From the NCBI GenBank assembly GCA_964390265.1, contig CAYMHI010000002.1, forward strand, positions 4,254 to 68,253: DNA of 64,000 nucleotides, given 5' to 3'. Below are positions 20,103-30,314 of the stretch, piece after piece. Position 1 is the stretch's first letter, and each line of letters starts with the position of its first letter. Source of the DNA: an uncultured Candidatus Saccharibacteria bacterium (lineage in GTDB: Bacteria; Patescibacteriota; Saccharimonadia; CAILAD01; BJGX01). The translations under genes were made by a program, and so were the position numbers. The notes below the pieces were generated by a model, which worked only from the letters and a program-made list of their open reading frames with translations, had not been told where the DNA came from and made no database searches.

Positions 20103-20468
20103 ATGACATCACCCCAAGACAAAGCCAAAAAGCTAGTAATTGTAACTGGTGCCGGTGTAGTATCGTTGCTACCTGTAGCCGCTAGAGCCGACGAAAATCA
20201 AGCAGTTGTAGAGGCAGTAAAACCCGACTCTGCCGCAAGTGGCGATTTGCAGACCAATGTTAGAAACATTATTAACGCTCTTCTACTACTAATTGGTATA
20301 GTGGCTGTAGTAATGCTAATTATTGGTGGATTTCGTTATGTTGTAAGTAGTGGTAACGAAAAGAACACCAAGGCCGCCCAAGAAACCATACTATACGCTG
20401 TAATTGGTATTGTGGTAGCCCTACTCTCGTTTGCTATTGTTAACTTTGTACTAGGTCAGTTTACTTAA
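20103..20468 (+). CDS. TrbC/VirB2-like pilin
   Basis: GIVAVVMLIIGGFRYVVSSGN...AQETILYAVIG...AIVNFV. Confidence 0.8.
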   Translation: MTSPQDKAKKLVIVTGAGVVSLLPVAARADENQAVVEAVKPDSAASGDLQTNVRNIINALLLLIGIVAVVMLIIGGFRYVVSSGNEKNTKAAQETILYAVIGIVVALLSFAIVNFVLGQFT

Positions 20469-20483
20469 ACCTTAAGAGTATTT

Positions 20484-20855
20484 ATGAATCTAAGTACTAA
20501 AAATAAGCTCAAATCGCTCATAACAGCCTCGGTCGGATATATTGTATTGGCTAGTACACGAGTTTATGCTGCTAATTCAGCACAAGAAGGTGCTGATAAA
20601 GCTAAACCTGACGGTGTTCCAACTAGCCTCACAGGTAGCACCGGTGCAATAAAAGATATTACAAATACCCTTCTATTAGCTATTGGTGTTATTGCCGTAG
20701 TGGTAATTATTATAGCCGGTATACGCTTTGTCACATCATCAGGCAATGAAAGCAGTACCAAAGCAGCTAGAGAAACTATTTTGTATGCTGTCATTGGTTT
20801 GGTTGTAGCTCTTCTCTCTTACGCTATCGTCAACTTTGTACTCGGTATTTTTTAG
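20484..20855 (+). CDS. TrbC/VirB2-like pilin
   Basis: Paralog of the previous ORF: GIRFVTSSGN...ARETILYAVIG...AIVNFV. Confidence 0.8.
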   Translation: MNLSTKNKLKSLITASVGYIVLASTRVYAANSAQEGADKAKPDGVPTSLTGSTGAIKDITNTLLLAIGVIAVVVIIIAGIRFVTSSGNESSTKAARETILYAVIGLVVALLSYAIVNFVLGIF

Positions 20856-20938
20856 AATTATAGAATTAAATCATATTAATTAATATATGCTACTTAAAAA
20901 CTCTGGCTACATTTAGCCTAGGTAGCTACAATAAACAT

Positions 20939-22258
20939 ATGCGTAATAAATACCTCAAGCTTAGCGCACTCATACTTGCCTCGGCCGCATTATTTTTTGC
21001 CGTGTATATTATTACCCAAAAGAATCCTCAGCAGAGTATTGGTAATTACAAAACCAGTGTAGTCTACCCCACCACTCCACTTACAATGTCGCTGTGGTTG
21101 CCCAGCGACGAAGCCGATGGCATTAACTACATTATAGATCAATACCAGCAAATACACCCCAACGTAACAGTTAGGGCCGAGGTGATAGATTCAGCTAGCT
21201 ATCAAGCCAAACTAGTGCGAGCTATTACTGATAACAATCTACCCGATTTGTTTGTATTTCGCGATGATGGCTTAGCTGCATATAAAACCAATTTAGCTCC
21301 GGCCCCAACGCAGGTATTTAGCGTTGATACTTATAATTCAACATTTATTAGCTTTGGTACCAAGCAACTGGTGAGCGGCAATGTTATTAGCGGAGCTCCG
21401 CTAGGCATAGCTACTTTGGGCCTGATATACAATCAGAGCAGATTTGGCCAAGCCGGCATTAGCTCGCCACCCAAAACCTGGGTAGATTTTAATAACACCA
21501 ACGACAAACTCAGGCAAAAAAGTGGTGAAAATCTATACCAATCAGGTGTAGCATTAGGTACTGCAACTATACATAGCTACCCAGATATTATTAGTGTACT
21601 AATGATGCAAAACGGTGCCACCATGACCGATCAGCCTCCCACTAAGGCTACTTTTGAACAACCAGATGCTACCGGCTACTACTCTTCTGCCAAGGCTGTT
21701 AGTTACTACGCTAGTTTTGCGCAGCCCAGTAAATCAAACTACTCATGGAGCGACTCACTCGGTGATAGTATAAGTGCTTTTGCTCAAAACAAAACAGCAC
21801 TAATAGTTGACTACCCTATGAGTGCTAAATTGGCTTACAAACAAAACCCTTCTCTCTCGGTTGGGCTGGCTTCTCTGCCACAAACCAATACAGCTAGTCC
21901 CATCAATTACGGCACTCTATTAGTAGGAGGAGTATCTAAAAACAGCAAAAATGTTGATATCGCCTGGGATTTCTGGGGATTTGCTACTAGTAAAGAAGTG
22001 CAAAAACAATTCTCGCTCAAAAACTACTGGCCACCTAGCCGCAAAGACCTTAATAGCGAACAACTAAACGACAATGTACTAAGCCCTTTTATTAAGCAAT
22101 CAAGTACTGCCACTGATTGGTTTAAAGGTATCAATTACGACACCAACAATGCTTTGCGCGAGATGATGAATAATTATTTAACCGGACTTGATAGCCAAAT
22201 AGTAGTTAATAACGCCTCCACCAAAGTTACTGGCTCCATACAGCAAGCCAATAAGTAG
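20939..22258 (+). CDS. Extracellular solute-binding protein (family 1, sugar-type)
   Basis: N-terminal anchor; YQQIHPNV, LPDLF, LIYN, PPKTW. Confidence 0.8.
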   Translation: MRNKYLKLSALILASAALFFAVYIITQKNPQQSIGNYKTSVVYPTTPLTMSLWLPSDEADGINYIIDQYQQIHPNVTVRAEVIDSASYQAKLVRAITDNNLPDLFVFRDDGLAAYKTNLAPAPTQVFSVDTYNSTFISFGTKQLVSGNVISGAPLGIATLGLIYNQSRFGQAGISSPPKTWVDFNNTNDKLRQKSGENLYQSGVALGTATIHSYPDIISVLMMQNGATMTDQPPTKATFEQPDATGYYSSAKAVSYYASFAQPSKSNYSWSDSLGDSISAFAQNKTALIVDYPMSAKLAYKQNPSLSVGLASLPQTNTASPINYGTLLVGGVSKNSKNVDIAWDFWGFATSKEVQKQFSLKNYWPPSRKDLNSEQLNDNVLSPFIKQSSTATDWFKGINYDTNNALREMMNNYLTGLDSQIVVNNASTKVTGSIQQANK

Positions 22259-22333
22259 CTTAAAATTTACATTGCAAAAAGAAGATCGCCCACTTTGGGG
22301 CGACTCCTTTTTTTGATTATCTATTGAGGTATG

Positions 22334-22768
22334 TTAGACGGGTTTTACTTTGATCTTCTTAACTTTGTCTTCGGGTACTACTTTTGGAATCTCAATAGTA
22401 AGCACACCGTTGTTTAGGCCAGCCTCAGCTTTGTCGGCTACAGTAGAGGTAGGTAAGATAACCGATCGGCTAAAGCTACCCCAAAAGCACTCTTGCACAT
22501 AGTAGCTGTCTTTGGGTATAGAAGTAGACTCTTTACGGTCACCGCGTATTGTCACTACGTCTTCAGAAATTGCTACGTCAATATCTTCGGGTTTTACACC
22601 AGCAATTGGTGCCTTAATTACAATAGTATCCTTGGTTTGATACACATCAACAGCTAGCTGACCCTCAAACTCTTCTTCGTTCATCCACTCCTCATTGGGA
22701 GTTTGTTCTTCTTCTAAAAAATCATCTGCGAGAATCTCTTCATCGACTTGGTTTTTGTGTCGTGCCAT
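22334..22768 (-). CDS. Hsp20/alpha-crystallin small heat shock protein
   Basis: VDVYQT, GVKPEDIDV, GSFSRSVILP, NGVLTIEIPK. Confidence 0.95.
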   Translation of the reverse strand: MARHKNQVDEEILADDFLEEEQTPNEEWMNEEEFEGQLAVDVYQTKDTIVIKAPIAGVKPEDIDVAISEDVVTIRGDRKESTSIPKDSYYVQECFWGSFSRSVILPTSTVADKAEAGLNNGVLTIEIPKVVPEDKVKKIKVKPV

Positions 22769-22859
22769 AAAATTACTCCTTATGTTTGCTCTTTTCTTTC
22801 TTGCTTATTATTATAACCAGGTAGCTCAAAGAGTGCAAGTTAATGCTTATATTTGTGCA

Positions 22860-23519
22860 ATGCTAATAGAAAAATTATTAAGTATCATTACTCAAAAAGA
22901 ATGCTTGGTGTGTAATCACCCAGGCGAGATAGTTTGCCGCAGCTGTTGGCAAACTGAGTTTAAGCTACGCACACCAGCTTGTTTTATGTGTAATGCACTA
23001 AGCGATATTGGTAAAACCTGCCCAAAGTGTCGGCGTAAATCAAGCCTAAATGGCGTGACCACCAATTATCGACTGGTTGGACCAATGCAAGATCTAATTT
23101 ACGGATTCAAATATTATGGCAACCGTGAAATAGCCAGTTTTGTCGCTCAAAACATAATAACAAGATTGCCAAAAGTTAAGTTTGATTGTATTACCTACGT
23201 GCCAGCTACCGGCAAAAGCCAACGTAAACGGGGCTACAATCAGGCCGAGCTAGTTGCTAGGCACGTAGCCAAACAAAATGGATTGCCGCTCAAGCATGCT
23301 TTGTTGCGGCTTCGCCACACCGATCAAATTGGGCTTGGCCGAGCCCAGCGTTTTGAGTCGGTCAAAGATAATTTTGTAGCACGTGGCAAGTTTGAAGGCA
23401 AAAATATCTTAATAGTTGATGATGTTATTACAACAGGCGCTACTCTGAGTGAATGCGCCAGCGTGCTAAAGGCTAGTGGCGCCAAAAAGATTTGGGGCTT
23501 AACGATTGCAAAGAAATAG
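22860..23519 (+). CDS. comF: ComF family protein (zinc ribbon + PRTase domain)
   Basis: Four CxxC, RGYNQAE, ILIVDDVITTGATL; start trimmed to ATG 22860. Confidence 0.9.
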   Translation: MLIEKLLSIITQKECLVCNHPGEIVCRSCWQTEFKLRTPACFMCNALSDIGKTCPKCRRKSSLNGVTTNYRLVGPMQDLIYGFKYYGNREIASFVAQNIITRLPKVKFDCITYVPATGKSQRKRGYNQAELVARHVAKQNGLPLKHALLRLRHTDQIGLGRAQRFESVKDNFVARGKFEGKNILIVDDVITTGATLSECASVLKASGAKKIWGLTIAKK

Positions 23520-23574
23520 TAAAGTTATAAATAAAGGCAAATTCGCCTCGCCCAAACGATACTCTAATATACTG

Positions 23575-23820
23575 TTATTCTAGTTGCTCTTTTGATTTAA
23601 AAAATTCTTCAGGATCAATCTCTAATACACAATAAATATAACTACATACTGCCATAAAAAATTCGTCATCGTCTAGACCTTCATCAATAAAGCCCTGTAG
23701 AATTTCAGGCTCTATGTCGTCTTTACAAGCTTTGCAGACTTCGGCAATAGAAGGTAGTTTATCATCGGCTTCAGCTTCGGCGACCGGCTCAACGGGTTGG
23801 GTTGGTTCAAATTCTGTCAT
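23575..23820 (-). CDS. Small acidic hypothetical protein
   Basis: 81-aa ORF; no recognisable motif. Confidence 0.55.
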   Translation of the reverse strand: MTEFEPTQPVEPVAEAEADDKLPSIAEVCKACKDDIEPEILQGFIDEGLDDDEFFMAVCSYIYCVLEIDPEEFFKSKEQLE

Positions 23821-23887
23821 AACATTACTCTATTGTTGAAAAATTCTAATAATCGATTTATAAAAAAATATGAAGCTAGTCGATAAT

Positions 23888-23980
<93 letters not shown>

Positions 23981-24049
23981 TTGTCGTTACTATGTTTATA
24001 ATTTAAATAAAACAAATCATTCTATAGAAGTAAGAGCGTAATTATGACA

Positions 24050-24214
24050 TGGCGGAGAGGGAGGGAAAGAAAGCGGGCTGTCACCCTTCTACTTCGGTGC
24101 TCGTCAAATACACAAGCAAGCTTGGTATTTATCTCCGCGCCTCATTCGCCGAACCCTAGGGTTCTCATCCATTCTATCAAAGTGTAATCACAACAAAAAG
24201 TAGTGATCACACTT
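24050..24214. mobile_element. 165-bp tRNA-3'-end-associated element (copy A) with 17-bp duplication of the tRNA-Ser(GCU) 3' end
   Basis: TGGCGGAGAGGGAGGGA at 24050-24066 and 24215-24231; interior homologous to 55545-55709. Confidence 0.75.
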
Positions 24215-24307
24215 TGGCGGAGAGGGAGGGATTCGAACCCTCGCGGGGGATAACTCCCCCCTACCGGTTTAGCAAACCAGCCCCTTCAGCCACTTGGGTA
24301 CCTCTCC
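24215..24307 (-). tRNA. tRNA-Ser(GCU)
   Basis: Anticodon loop TTGCTAA, long variable arm, GGTTCGAATCC, CCA. Confidence 0.97.
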
Positions 24308-24472
24308 ATATCTGGCTGTTTGGAATTACTTGCACAAAAAGTACCGTGCTATTGTAGCTCAAACCTGGGTAATTGCCAAGTGCGCAAGCAAATATATCAC
24401 ACATATATTGTCAAATGACTATAATTGCGCTACAATCTCCATCAGGTTCCAATCTACCGAGAGGAAAGTACT

Positions 24473-25237
24473 ATGTCACTACTGTACGATCTAATTACTC
24501 AAAAACGTGTAATAGGCGGCGGGATTATCTGGGGTTCCGATGACGAAGTTCAATATGCCATGCCCATTGTTGAAGTGGACGAAATAGCAGATAACTGGGT
24601 GGTATTCATTGGTCCATGGCAGGCAGTGCGAAACAATGATGATAGTCAATGGCGGTTTTGGCGAGATGCCTCATCACATTCTATCTTTAGTGATCTAATT
24701 GTATTTGCCAAGCAAGTTGTAGACGACAAATTTAGAATTTCAATAGTAGAGGTAACTAACGAATTAATTACTTGGCGACCTCGTTCAAAACGTCAGCCAA
24801 CTATCAACAAAATGTTTAGTACAGTTTACTTCGGCTCGCACTTTCCGGTGCGGGCGGACGAAGTGATTGGTATGCCAGCCGATTTGGCAAATTTAGATAG
24901 TTGGAACTTCCCTTCTCTACAACTCACACCAGAAGAGTGGAAGGGATTGATAGGCTATAACGATGCGCAATCACGTAAGTTGTTTGTAGATCTTAGTCTT
25001 GAACCCAACGACGATCTACTGTGGGCAATGCCAAGATGCTGCAGTGCTGTAGAAGAACTAAGAGATATACTGAGCTCAGTGTTTGACAGGAGTGGCAAGT
25101 TTTGCCCGGCAAATCTCGAAACTCTACGTAGCAGTATAAAAACGGTGCTAGAATCGCACCCTAACGAACTGGCACAAGCACAGAAACTGTTTGATAAAAT
25201 CAGTGCCCAACTAGATCAAATGCCAACCTACACGTAA
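24473..25237 (+). CDS. Hypothetical protein
   Basis: ORF with GAGG RBS before ATG 24473; terminator-like hairpin at the stop. Confidence 0.6.
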   Translation: MSLLYDLITQKRVIGGGIIWGSDDEVQYAMPIVEVDEIADNWVVFIGPWQAVRNNDDSQWRFWRDASSHSIFSDLIVFAKQVVDDKFRISIVEVTNELITWRPRSKRQPTINKMFSTVYFGSHFPVRADEVIGMPADLANLDSWNFPSLQLTPEEWKGLIGYNDAQSRKLFVDLSLEPNDDLLWAMPRCCSAVEELRDILSSVFDRSGKFCPANLETLRSSIKTVLESHPNELAQAQKLFDKISAQLDQMPTYT

Positions 25238-25327
25238 TGTGTAGGTTTTTATTTACTCTGTTGTACCGAAAATAAAGCACACTATTTCACAACATTATTT
25301 ATATAATGCAATTCCTGTGAAATAGGC

Positions 25328-26221
25328 CTAACTTTGACTATATTTCACAAACTTGAGTTGCTCTAGCCTAGTATTATATTCATTTGCTTTATTACTATTA
25401 CCTTTTAAGTTATATAGCTTTACAAGTATTTCATTAAGCGAAGTATTGCTTCGGTCTATAGCTATACCCTGCTCGGCCTTACCAATTGCGTCATCAAGCT
25501 CACCGCGAGAGGCTGCAAGACTAGCTAATAGCAGCCAGTCGGGAGCAACCTTGTCTGTAACCGCAGTCAATCTGTTCTCCCCTGGTTTATAAACTTGGTT
25601 GTTGATCAAAAAATAGGCCGTCTCACGCTCACTCATAGTAGTTGGAGGTGTAACACCCACACTTTCTTTGGGCGTACCGCCTAATAAGCTACATACCATA
25701 ACTGCTGCCTTAGCTTTGGCATTGTTAAGGTTAAACTTATTTGCTTGAGTAGCGTAGTTACAACCCTGCTGAGTATTTCCTAAATTGTACTGAGCAATGG
25801 CTTCACCTACCAAGCTGGCATCGGTGGGCGACTCTTTGCTAGAAAGGGCAAAGAGCTTTTGAGCTTGGTTATAGTTTTGGGCGCTGAGCGCTAAATTACC
25901 CAAGGCAATGTAATTGGGTTGGGTAATACCTTGCTGGTAAACGGCTATGGCCCTTTCTTGCTCTCCCCTTTTTATCCAATACTGGGCCAAGGCCTCGGTG
26001 GCAACAGGGTCTTTGTAGCCAATTATATTGGCCTGCTTAAGTAGGCTATACTCTTGGCTTTCATCGCTGGCTGTCTTGGCTTGAGCTACTAGCCTATCTA
26101 CTACGCTAAGGCGCCAGGCACTAATCTCGGGCGTAAACAAAGCTACCAATACAGCAACAGTTACGATTAGGCCAAAAGCAGCTACAAAAAATTTGTACTT
26201 ATTGCTTGCCGGTTTTTTCAA
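25328..26221 (-). CDS. Membrane-anchored TPR protein
   Basis: N-terminal TM; TPR-like helices (ALGNLAL..QNYNQAQKLF; GELDDAIGKAEQGIAID). Confidence 0.7.
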   Translation of the reverse strand: MKKPASNKYKFFVAAFGLIVTVAVLVALFTPEISAWRLSVVDRLVAQAKTASDESQEYSLLKQANIIGYKDPVATEALAQYWIKRGEQERAIAVYQQGITQPNYIALGNLALSAQNYNQAQKLFALSSKESPTDASLVGEAIAQYNLGNTQQGCNYATQANKFNLNNAKAKAAVMVCSLLGGTPKESVGVTPPTTMSERETAYFLINNQVYKPGENRLTAVTDKVAPDWLLLASLAASRGELDDAIGKAEQGIAIDRSNTSLNEILVKLYNLKGNSNKANEYNTRLEQLKFVKYSQS

Positions 26222-28601
26222 TTTCAGCCTCTAGCTCGGCAATGTCTTTTTTAGCTTGCACAAGCCTTTCTTTCTCCCCTTTTACTACCTCGCTAGGAGC
26301 ATTTTGCACAAACGCCTGGTTGCCAAGTTTACCCTCAATTAGCTTAACGGCATTGGTTTTGAGTATTATCTCTTTTTTGAGCTTAGTTAGCTTAGCTTTA
26401 CTCTCGTGGTTTTGTTTTGCTGCCAGTATATTGATAATCTCGGTTTCAAATACTTTGGCTTTGGTGGGTGACGGACTTAGTAACATATTCGGCCAATATT
26501 CGGTTATTAAGATAGTAGATTGCCATGGCAGCTCTTGCCAAATGGTCTCAGTTACAAACGGTGCAAAAGGGTGGAGAAGTCGCAATATGGTGTCTAGAGT
26601 GTAGGCCAGCATTGACGGGTTGGTAGATTGCTTGGAGTACTCAATGTATTGATCGGCAAACTTGTCCCACAGTAGGGAGTAGACAGCCTGACCGGCCTCG
26701 GAGTAGCGATATTTTTCAATAGCTTTGGTGGCTGTTTCGATAGTTTGATTTAGCTGTGTGGCCATCCAGTGATCGGCCGGGGAGAGTAGTTTTGGTTCAT
26801 CGAGTGATTGAAGGGAATTTGTTTTCGAGAGGGTGTAGCGAGCAACGTTCCAAAGCTTATTGCAAAAATTGCGGTAACCCTTAATCTTGTCGTGGCTAAT
26901 TTTGCCGTCATTACCAGGTGTAATACCAATACTTAGGGCCAGGCGCAAGGCATCGGTGCCAAACTCGGCAGTGATTTTCATTGGGTCGTCATAATTGCCT
27001 TTGCTCTTGGAGAGTTTTTGGCCTTTTTCGTCGGTTACCATGCCCCATAGGTAGACGTTTTCAAACGGCACCTTGCCAGTTTTGTACAGGCTAAACATTA
27101 TCATTCGGGTTACCCACTTGTGCAGAATGTCGCGAGCAGTAGCCATTAAGGTAGTGGGGAAGAATTGATCAAAATCACCGGTGCTTTGGAGGGTAGCAAA
27201 AGGCCATTGTCCAGATGAGAACCAAGTGTCGAAGGTATCGGTTTCGGCCCTGTAATTGCCCTTGCCGTAGTAAGCTTCGGCTTCAGCCTCGCTAGTAGCT
27301 ACTAGATGTGCATCTTTATTGTTGTCGTTGTTGGTTTTGTAATACACCGGAATCCGAATACCCCACCAACCTGGGCGTGAGATGCACCAGTCGTGTTCGT
27401 TTTGTAACCAATTGAGGGCAATTCGTTTGAATCTGGCAGGATAAAAATCAATCTCGTCTGCTTCAATAGCCTCAATAACTGGCTTGTTAAGCTCAGTGAC
27501 ACGCAAAAACCATTGCTCAGAAATAAGCGGCTCAATAACAGTTTTACATCTGTCATGTACCGCTACGGCGTGCTTGAGGGGAGTGGTTGCGATGAGTTTG
27601 CCAGCATTTTTCAAATCTTCTACTACTTTTGTTCTAGCCTCATCTACGCTCAGGCCATTGTATTGACTGGGCGAGTTAATAATCTTACCTTCAAAATCTA
27701 CTACCGATATTTCTGGTAAATTATGGCGCTGACCTATCTCGTAGTCAGCCATGTCGTGACCTGGTGTTACCTTTAGTGCGCCAGTGCCGTCTTTGATACT
27801 CACATGATCGTCGGCAATAATTGGTATTGCTCGGTCTATGAGGGGGATAGTGGCCATTTTACCAATTAAGCTAGCATATCTGGGGTCTTTGGGGTTAACT
27901 GCAACAGCGCTATCGGCAAAAATAGTCTCTGGTCTGGTTGTGGCTATTTGTATGGGTCCGTAATCGAGAGTGTACATAGCGTCTTCGCGATCTATGCGGT
28001 CGGTCTCAATATCGGCAAAAGCAGCTTGGCAACGGGTACACCAGTTGACAATTCTGTTGCCACGATAAATGTGCCCGTCATTGTATAAACTTTTGAATGT
28101 TTGGTGCACTATTTCAATCACGTCTTTATCGAGAGTGAACTTGAGTTTGGCCCAATCGGCCGAGAAACCCATTGAACGCATTTGCTCAATAATAGTGTGT
28201 TGTTGGCCCAGCACAAAGCTTTCTACCTCGTTGTAGAACTTGTCGGGGCCCAGATCGAATCTGGTAAGGCCCTTTTTCTCGAGCTCGCGCTCATAAACTA
28301 CTTGGGTCTCTATACCGGCGTGGTCGGTACCAGGTAGCCAAAGAGCCGGACGACCTTGCATACGAGCGTAGCGAGTAGCAATGTCTTCTACCACATACAT
28401 AAGGTGACCGGCATGAAGGGAGCCGTTGGCATTGGGTGGGGGCATAATAATACAGAACGGGTCTTTATTGGCTGTGCCGTTACCTTGTTGGGCTTTTACG
28501 CCAGAATCTGGTTCAAAGGCGTTGTTGGCTTTCCATAAATCATATATTTGAGCCTCGTGCTTAGCTGGCTGGTATGTTTTGGGCATCTCTTTTGCATTCA
28601 T
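26199..28601 (-). CDS. valS: Valine--tRNA ligase
   Basis: PPPNANGSLHAGH, PGTDHAGI, DWCISR, KLSKSKGN, C-terminal coiled coil. Confidence 0.97.
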   Translation of the reverse strand: MNAKEMPKTYQPAKHEAQIYDLWKANNAFEPDSGVKAQQGNGTANKDPFCIIMPPPNANGSLHAGHLMYVVEDIATRYARMQGRPALWLPGTDHAGIETQVVYERELEKKGLTRFDLGPDKFYNEVESFVLGQQHTIIEQMRSMGFSADWAKLKFTLDKDVIEIVHQTFKSLYNDGHIYRGNRIVNWCTRCQAAFADIETDRIDREDAMYTLDYGPIQIATTRPETIFADSAVAVNPKDPRYASLIGKMATIPLIDRAIPIIADDHVSIKDGTGALKVTPGHDMADYEIGQRHNLPEISVVDFEGKIINSPSQYNGLSVDEARTKVVEDLKNAGKLIATTPLKHAVAVHDRCKTVIEPLISEQWFLRVTELNKPVIEAIEADEIDFYPARFKRIALNWLQNEHDWCISRPGWWGIRIPVYYKTNNDNNKDAHLVATSEAEAEAYYGKGNYRAETDTFDTWFSSGQWPFATLQSTGDFDQFFPTTLMATARDILHKWVTRMIMFSLYKTGKVPFENVYLWGMVTDEKGQKLSKSKGNYDDPMKITAEFGTDALRLALSIGITPGNDGKISHDKIKGYRNFCNKLWNVARYTLSKTNSLQSLDEPKLLSPADHWMATQLNQTIETATKAIEKYRYSEAGQAVYSLLWDKFADQYIEYSKQSTNPSMLAYTLDTILRLLHPFAPFVTETIWQELPWQSTILITEYWPNMLLSPSPTKAKVFETEIINILAAKQNHESKAKLTKLKKEIILKTNAVKLIEGKLGNQAFVQNAPSEVVKGEKERLVQAKKDIAELEAEIEKTGKQ

Positions 28602-28801
28602 ACCAGCAATTGTAGCATTTTATCTGGATTTTAAGAATAATGTAGTTTTAAATAATAAGTAAGTAGATATTGTTTCTACCAGATTCAATATTTTGTATTC
28701 TAGCCTCTAAAAAGTTTGACACAAACGCTTATGTTCAGCTAATATATAGATAACTTTGTAATTATTTTGAATTAATTGGGGGAGATTAAGTAGGAGCGGT
28801 G

Positions 28802-29800
28802 ATGAAAGATGTTTATAGTCCATTAGAAATAGATGAGCAGTGGGATCAACGGGCACCAATGATAGAGGGGGATACAGCTACTCAGGCTGTGACTTCTGCC
28901 CCTGACGCAGCCGTTGGAGTTGCCGAGTCTGCCCCTGAGGGCGCGGTTGCGACTATGGGCGAGAGACCAGCCGGAGAACCCGACCCAACTCTGAGTGTAG
29001 ATACTACTTATGGCGCAACGCCTGCCGAGGTAAGCCCGCAAGCTGCAGACCAACCAGAAAATGCTTATGGCACACCGCAGACTGCTCAGATGGTGCCAAC
29101 CCCTGCACCAGAAGGCCAGATGGAGCCCGTAGCAGTTGACGACGGTCAGGCTTTGGCGCAACTAGGCGATAGTGCAGCTGTGGAAGACTCTGGTAATTCT
29201 CAAGTACCAGTTGGTATGCCTCACATTACACCCGAGCCACCAGCCGGAATTCAGATGGGCGCACAACCTGAGCTAGCCGAGGGTGCTGCTGACACTACCG
29301 GTGATCAGCCCGCCGAAGCAGTAGGCAAGCAGATTGTTGAGCCAGTAGAAAAGTTTGAACCTACCAAGCCGCGCAACCAAGGTGGAGACGATGAGCCGAC
29401 AGAACCACCCATTGACCCTGAAGAGTTAGACCGCAATATTAAAGATGCCGAATCGGCTTTGCCAAAGCCGGGCGATGAGCTTGAGACTTCTCCAGTAAAA
29501 ACCGATAAAGATAAAGAGCCCCACCACGCCCAGGGCAAAGAGGCCAAACCAGACCAAAAAAGAGCTCGGGCAATTGAATTGCACGACAAATTATTGCGTG
29601 AGCTTAAGAAAGATATTAATCAAATTGATTCTGAGCTAGCCAAAGAAAGAGCCAATATGGAAGCCGTTGAGCGAAAAATTAGCGATCTTGAGGCCAAGCG
29701 TGCATTTAAAGAAGATGAAGTTGAAGCATTTGAGCGAGCCAAAGCAGCTCTGGCTGATATGCCTGATTACAGCTCTGAGGAATTTGAAGACACATTGTAG
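28802..29800 (+). CDS. Acidic Pro/Ala-rich disordered protein with C-terminal coiled coil
   Basis: ORF with AGGAG RBS; composition. Confidence 0.7.
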   Translation: MKDVYSPLEIDEQWDQRAPMIEGDTATQAVTSAPDAAVGVAESAPEGAVATMGERPAGEPDPTLSVDTTYGATPAEVSPQAADQPENAYGTPQTAQMVPTPAPEGQMEPVAVDDGQALAQLGDSAAVEDSGNSQVPVGMPHITPEPPAGIQMGAQPELAEGAADTTGDQPAEAVGKQIVEPVEKFEPTKPRNQGGDDEPTEPPIDPEELDRNIKDAESALPKPGDELETSPVKTDKDKEPHHAQGKEAKPDQKRARAIELHDKLLRELKKDINQIDSELAKERANMEAVERKISDLEAKRAFKEDEVEAFERAKAALADMPDYSSEEFEDTL

Positions 29801-29940
29801 CCAGCTGTAAGGGTTGAGCCTTATTTACTCATAAATTGAATACTAGTTTTTTGCTAATCATCGGGTCTATAATAAAAACGTTAAATTGTAAAACTAAATA
29901 CATTAGATATTTATACATAATATAATAAGGATAAATAGAT

Positions 29941-30300
29941 ATGGCTGATCCAGGAGCGCCAGATATAAGAGAAATTGACGATAGTAATCACCATGACGAT
30001 GGTCGTGCTCAAGAAGTTATAAGGACAGCTACGGGAGACCCAACCGCCGCAGAAGACAACTCTACATATCCCGAAACCCAAGCTCTAATTAATAATATTG
30101 ATAGAGATTTGAGAGCCCATCACGGTGAAATCCTTACCAAAGACCAGGTAGCAAGAATGCTAAATATTGGTCTTCAAGATGTAATACAACTTGCAACAAA
30201 TTTAGGTATTGATGCCGAGGGTGACTTGTCTAGCCAAGCCGCAGCTTCTATTATTGCAACATACGGTATTCAAAAAAACTTATCTCAAAAAGATAGTTAA
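29941..30300 (+). CDS. Hypothetical protein, possible HTH
   Basis: LTKDQVARMLNI resembles an excisionase/MerR-like HTH start. Confidence 0.5.
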   Translation: MADPGAPDIREIDDSNHHDDGRAQEVIRTATGDPTAAEDNSTYPETQALINNIDRDLRAHHGEILTKDQVARMLNIGLQDVIQLATNLGIDAEGDLSSQAAASIIATYGIQKNLSQKDS

Positions 30301-30314
30301 ATTATTAGCCCATA

